From NCBI GenBank assembly GCA_965223425.1, contig OZ245003.1, positions 896,001 through 960,000 on the forward strand: a DNA stretch of 64,000 nucleotides, in the 5' to 3' direction. The DNA comes from Nitrosopumilus sp. (lineage in GTDB: Archaea; Thermoproteota; Nitrososphaeria; Nitrososphaerales; Nitrosopumilaceae). Position numbers and translations under genes: made by a program. Positions 59,396-64,000 of the stretch are shown one piece after another (position 1 is the first letter of the stretch; the number at the start of each line of letters is the position of its first letter). The notes under the pieces were generated by a model, which ran no database searches, was not told the DNA's origin, and saw only the letters and a program-made list of their open reading frames with translations.

Positions 59396-60978
59396 CTTTT
59401 GCCATCTCCAAAATCACAATTCCTACCTCTCCTGGAATTTATTTGATGAAAGACTCTAATGAAAAAATTATCTATATTGGTAAGGCAAAAAATCTAAAAA
59501 ATCGAGTAAAATCATATTTCCTAAAAAACCAAAACTACAAGACTCAGAAACTAGTCGAAAATATCTCTGATATTGAATTTGTTTTGACTGACAATGAAAG
59601 TGAGGCCTTTCTTTTAGAGTCTAACATGATCAAAAAACATCGTCCTAAATTTAACATTGAATTAAAAGATCAGCAAAGATACACATACCTTCGAATTTCT
59701 GATGAAAAGTATCCCAGATTATTAGTTGCAAGAAGAACCAGAGATGGAAAATTTTTAGGTAGGGGAAAAATCTTTGGGCCCTTTACACAAGGCAGCTCAA
59801 AACTGCTTACAATTGGCACACTACGAAAAGCGTTCCAAATCCGAATCTGTAAAACCTTGCCAAAAAAAGTATGTCTGGAGTATCACTTGGGAAATTGTGA
59901 AGGGCCATGTGAGTTCAAAGTTGCACAAGAGCGATATCCACAACATGTTGCTGCCTTGGGAGAAGTACTAAAAGGAAAAAACCAAACTAAAATTTTTACA
60001 AAAAAACTAGAAGAAGAAATGCATCAGGCAGCAAAAATCCAACAATTTGAGCGTGCAAAAGACATACGTGACACTCTGATTAGACTTGGCAGTCTACACA
60101 CTAAACAAAACATGGAATATGTTAAAAATTCTGATGAGGAGTATTTTGGTATAGGCATACAAGAACAAACTGCCACAGTCATGAACTTTAGAATGATTAA
60201 TGGTGTAATCCGAGATAGCGACAAGTTCTTTTTTGATCTAGTTGGGGATAACTCCTTTTCAAATTTTCTTTACCAGTATTACTCTACACATAAAGTCCCA
60301 AAATTTGTTTTTGTTAGTACGACTCCAGATGATCACAAATTATTAGAATCGCTACTTTCAGAACAAGCTGGGTTTGCTGTAAAAATTCAGGTTCCAACCA
60401 AAGGAAAGAAGAAAGACATCGTAAATTTAATCTTGAAAAATATTAAATTAATTCACTCCAAAGGCGGCGATCCTGGACTAGCTGAATTAAAAGAAATTCT
60501 AAATCTGCCTGTGATTCCTAGAACCATCGAGTGCTTTGATATTTCAAACCATGGTGTAGATTTTGCAGTAGGTTCGATGTCCAGATTTGTAGATGGCCAG
60601 CCAAGCAAGTCTGGATATAGAAAATTCAAAATTAAAACTGTATCTGGAAGAGACGATTTTGCAATGATTGAAGAAGTTATCAAAAGAAGATACTATAGGC
60701 TATTAGAAGAGAACTCTGAACTTCCTGATCTGATAGTAATAGATGGCGGCAAGGGACAACTAAACGCTGCTTTAAAATCACTCAAATCCCTTGGATTAAA
60801 AATTCCCTGCATATCTCTTGCCAAAGAAAATGAGGAGGTATTTGTTCCAAAGAATAAAGACCCAATAATAATCTCTAAAAACAAACCGTCGTTGAAAATT
60901 TTACAGCACGCCAGAGATGAAACTCATCGATTCGGCGTTGCATACAACAGAGCTATCAGGAAAAACCAGATAAAATAA
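59392..60978 (+). CDS. uvrC: Excinuclease ABC subunit C (no C-terminal HhH apparent)
   Basis: GIY-YIG domain, FDISN, DGGKGQ, RDETHRF. Confidence 0.95.
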   Translation: MTFAISKITIPTSPGIYLMKDSNEKIIYIGKAKNLKNRVKSYFLKNQNYKTQKLVENISDIEFVLTDNESEAFLLESNMIKKHRPKFNIELKDQQRYTYLRISDEKYPRLLVARRTRDGKFLGRGKIFGPFTQGSSKLLTIGTLRKAFQIRICKTLPKKVCLEYHLGNCEGPCEFKVAQERYPQHVAALGEVLKGKNQTKIFTKKLEEEMHQAAKIQQFERAKDIRDTLIRLGSLHTKQNMEYVKNSDEEYFGIGIQEQTATVMNFRMINGVIRDSDKFFFDLVGDNSFSNFLYQYYSTHKVPKFVFVSTTPDDHKLLESLLSEQAGFAVKIQVPTKGKKKDIVNLILKNIKLIHSKGGDPGLAELKEILNLPVIPRTIECFDISNHGVDFAVGSMSRFVDGQPSKSGYRKFKIKTVSGRDDFAMIEEVIKRRYYRLLEENSELPDLIVIDGGKGQLNAALKSLKSLGLKIPCISLAKENEEVFVPKNKDPIIISKNKPSLKILQHARDETHRFGVAYNRAIRKNQIK

Positions 60979-60992
60979 GAAAAAAGTTTTGG

Positions 60993-61568
60993 TTAGTTCA
61001 CCGTAACACTGCCCACCATCCATGGATGAACAATACAGAAATAATCATAGGTGCCTGCATCCTCAAAGTCAAATGACCATGAGTCTGAGCTTGGCATCAT
61101 TAGATCACTATGAAACACTTCTAATTTTGCATCCGCTGGTGTGCCTGCTGTTACTGTATGTACGGCTGAATCAACATTAATCCATGTTACCGTATCTCCA
61201 GCATTAATTGTGATGTCTGCTGGTGTATAACATTCGTTTGTTTCTTCACATCCTTGAACTCCTGTACCTACTGGAATATCCACTTGGTGTGTTTGTAGAC
61301 TCGTTGGTTCCTCCATGGACATCTCTTTGTCAAGTACTACTGGCTCTTCCTCGATTTCTAGCGGTTCAACTGGATCTGACTTTACTTCTGCGGCCAAATC
61401 TGCAAACGGATCTGTTTGCATTGGCTCTTCAGTTTCAGTTGAAACAACTGTGGAAGGAGCAGAGACTGTTGGAGCACTTTGTAAGGAATCTCCACTAAAT
61501 GCAATTCCTACACCGATAGCAGTAATTGCAATAGAAAATGCAATTGCTGCTTTGTCTATGTTTGCCAT
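60993..61568 (-). CDS. Membrane-anchored cupredoxin (plastocyanin/azurin family)
   Basis: HTVT...YFCIVHPWM copper site. Confidence 0.92.
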   Translation of the reverse strand: MANIDKAAIAFSIAITAIGVGIAFSGDSLQSAPTVSAPSTVVSTETEEPMQTDPFADLAAEVKSDPVEPLEIEEEPVVLDKEMSMEEPTSLQTHQVDIPVGTGVQGCEETNECYTPADITINAGDTVTWINVDSAVHTVTAGTPADAKLEVFHSDLMMPSSDSWSFDFEDAGTYDYFCIVHPWMVGSVTVN

Positions 61569-62340
61569 AATTGATTCATGGCTTGCTATATGGTAAATAA
61601 ATCTAATCGTTGTTATCACGTATGTAATTTCATTTTTACACTCAACTGGGATTTATCATAAATTTACTATTACTTTGATGCTAATTTTTTCTTAAATCTT
61701 GATTTTTTGATATTTTTCAAATATTTACAATATTTTCAAAAATCAATTGAAAATTTCACATGATCGCTTTAATCAAACGTTAACTGTTGTCAATGATGTT
61801 GAACAATTCTTTCTTTTATGAATCTAGTACGTAGTGCTATTACATAACGCAAATGGGCTGTCACCAAGTAACTAACCGTTTTTGGTCTTAAGCTCTTTTG
61901 CATTGATATTTTTTTTGGCTAAATTTGCATCCATGTTGATTATTTCAAATTCTATTTTTAATTTTCTTTGTTTGATTAATTGTTTTATGAATTGTATTGA
62001 TTTTTTGATAAGTTCATCTTCAATTTTTACATTAGATGTAAAATGATCATACATTATTTTTTTATCTAATTTTATTCTGACTGTGCGTTCATTTTTTATA
62101 GCGATGTTACAATTCCCCAAAATAAACCAACATGTAGTGCGATATACTTTGATTGTAAATTTGTCCCTGCCATTATAGATACCTGCATGAATTCTATTTT
62201 GTTTAACTACAGAATCATTGGTTTGGACAACTCATGAAATTCTCTTTGCATTTTCATATGAACAAAGAACATGTTCCAATTGTCAACCAAAAAGGGGTCT
62301 TTTGTCTATATAATTTGAATACGTCACTTATGATCATAGA

Positions 62341-62562
62341 TTGAAAGATGTATTCATGCTTGAATCCCACGCCTTCTTCTCAAAGATGGTCGATGAACTA
62401 GTAGAGTTCTCCGAATATGATCCAGAATTAGCAGATGGAATAAAATGGCTAGATGATCAAGCACAGAAAAAAGGTATCACATTTTATGATATGGTTTTTG
62501 AAGTGTTATACAAACACGATGTAAACTCTAAAGCAAAAGACTGGCTTAGTACAAGAAATTAA
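62341..62562 (+). CDS. Small hypothetical protein
   Basis: DELV...GITFYD, paralogous to the ORF at 63848. Confidence 0.65.
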   Translation: MKDVFMLESHAFFSKMVDELVEFSEYDPELADGIKWLDDQAQKKGITFYDMVFEVLYKHDVNSKAKDWLSTRN

Positions 62563-62565
62563 AAA

Positions 62566-63738
62566 TTATTTCCTCAGGTCTAGTGTTTTATATTCACAAC
62601 CTTCTGGGCCGCAGTACTTTCCAACATAGGTAGCTTTTGGTCTATACAGCGCAGGCTTTGGTGCTGCCTCTGCAAATTTTTCTTCAATAATGTGAGCTGC
62701 CCATCCTACAACTCTGGAAACTGCAAATATTGGCGTATTTAGATCCATTGGAATTTTTAACATATAGTAAATTGAAGCGCTGTACAAATCTACATTTGGA
62801 TAAATGTCTCGGTTTTTTCGTGATTTCATCTCAGAAATAGTTGAAGCTTCGATTTTTTCTGTAATTGCAAACCATGGTTCTTTGGTTTTTTCTGCAAGTT
62901 TTCCTGACAGTTCTTTTAGAACCTGTGCGCGTGGATCATATGTTCGATAAACTGCATGTCCCATTCCCATGATTCTTTCACCTTCATTTATTTTCTCTTT
63001 AATCCATGGCTCAACTTTTTCTATATCGCTAATTTCTAATAGCATCTTCATAACTTCTGTATTGGCTCCCCCGTGTAATTCCCCACTTAATGCCCCAATT
63101 GCAGCACTTGACGCCGAATACATGTGTGCTCTTGTTGATGCAACTTGCCTTGCCGTAAATGTTGATGCATTGAAGGTATGGTCAGCATGAAGAATTAAAC
63201 ATACATCGAAGATTTTTTCTACTTCGGGTGCAGGTTTTTCACCCGATATCATGTATAGAAAATTTGCTGCATGGCTCAGAGAAGGATCGGGATCTATGAT
63301 TTCTAATCCATTTCTAATTCTTTGCCAACTTGCAACAATGGTTGGAACCTTTGCAATTAGATTAATTGCTCTGTCATAACTGGCCTCTTTATTTGAAAAC
63401 TCTTCATCATAATATCCTGCAAGTGCCGCAACAAATGCCTGGAGCATATCCATAGGATCTGCATCTTTTCTCCAATTTCCCATGTTCTTTTGCATTTGCT
63501 TTGGAACAAATCTAGCCTCAACCATCTTTTTCTTAAACTCATCTAGTTGTTGCTTGTTTGGCAGAATATCATAGAGTAGCAGATATGCTGTTTCTTCAAA
63601 GTTTGAATTTTCTGTAAGATCTAAAATATCATATCCGCGATAGATGAGTTTGCCTTTTTCCCCATCAATATTTGAGATTCTAGTATCTGCAATCTCAATT
63701 CCTCTCAGGCCTATGTTTTTAGTCTCCATACTGAGCAT
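62566..63738 (-). CDS. gltA: Citrate synthase
   Basis: DHTFNAST, HGGAN, GMGHAVY, PNVD. Confidence 0.95.
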   Translation of the reverse strand: MLSMETKNIGLRGIEIADTRISNIDGEKGKLIYRGYDILDLTENSNFEETAYLLLYDILPNKQQLDEFKKKMVEARFVPKQMQKNMGNWRKDADPMDMLQAFVAALAGYYDEEFSNKEASYDRAINLIAKVPTIVASWQRIRNGLEIIDPDPSLSHAANFLYMISGEKPAPEVEKIFDVCLILHADHTFNASTFTARQVASTRAHMYSASSAAIGALSGELHGGANTEVMKMLLEISDIEKVEPWIKEKINEGERIMGMGHAVYRTYDPRAQVLKELSGKLAEKTKEPWFAITEKIEASTISEMKSRKNRDIYPNVDLYSASIYYMLKIPMDLNTPIFAVSRVVGWAAHIIEEKFAEAAPKPALYRPKATYVGKYCGPEGCEYKTLDLRK

Positions 63739-63847
63739 ATCAAAAAATCTTCTATTATGTTTTCGCCATGATTATGTCTGTGAAGTTTAGTAATTAGTCT
63801 AAAATGGCAACTTTTGATCATAAATGAAAATTTTTGATCAAAAACTA

Positions 63848-64000
63848 ATGAACATCAAAGAGCGTGAACACTTGAAAAAACTGGATGAACTGGTGCTTGC
63901 TGCATCTCCTGAAGAGTTAGAAAAAATTCAAGACATTGACCATCAAACCCAGATGGAGGGATTGTCATTTTATGATGTATATCTTGACTCAAGCTCCTTG
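63848..64000 (+). CDS. Partial hypothetical protein
   Basis: MNIKEREHLKKLDELV...GLSFYD, runs off window edge. Confidence 0.55.
   Translation, partial: MNIKEREHLKKLDELVLAASPEELEKIQDIDHQTQMEGLSFYDVYLDSSSL

Noticed and set aside
61620-62340. AT-rich gap containing an 82-aa ORF
   Set aside because: Low complexity with no motif or clear repeat structure; probably decayed or intergenic.

Overview
This is a Nitrosopumilaceae-like (thaumarchaeal) chromosome segment, probably host-associated given the pseudogenes, IS elements and MITEs. The left half (1-~32200) is the right part of an integrative conjugative-like element (ICE). It encodes a VirB4-like ATPase, a TadA/VirB11 ATPase, a TadC/FlaJ platform protein, class III-signal pilins, large surface proteins and a frameshifted tyrosine integrase next to an att-like copy of the tRNA-Val 3' end. 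ICE cargo includes a paired STAND-ATPase operon with a tandem operator, two RelBE-like modules with broken toxins, and a complete IS6-family cargo transposon (8-bp TSD) carrying an MTase-HNH fusion. It also carries two nuclease-fold genes (RusA-like and DUF3800-like) each followed by a structured ncRNA candidate, and a repeat-spacer-repeat mini-CRISPR-like unit. A second, collapsed element (32185-35672), whose body appears deleted at a MITE, abuts an intron-containing tRNA-Val(CAC). The right half is core genome: rpl40e, sucCD, DPS-like ferritin, ileS, a deleted purD, folate genes, purN, uvrBAC, a cupredoxin and gltA, with a small MITE/TA/IS630 hotspot at 52250-54510. All calls come from reading motifs by eye; no database searches were run.
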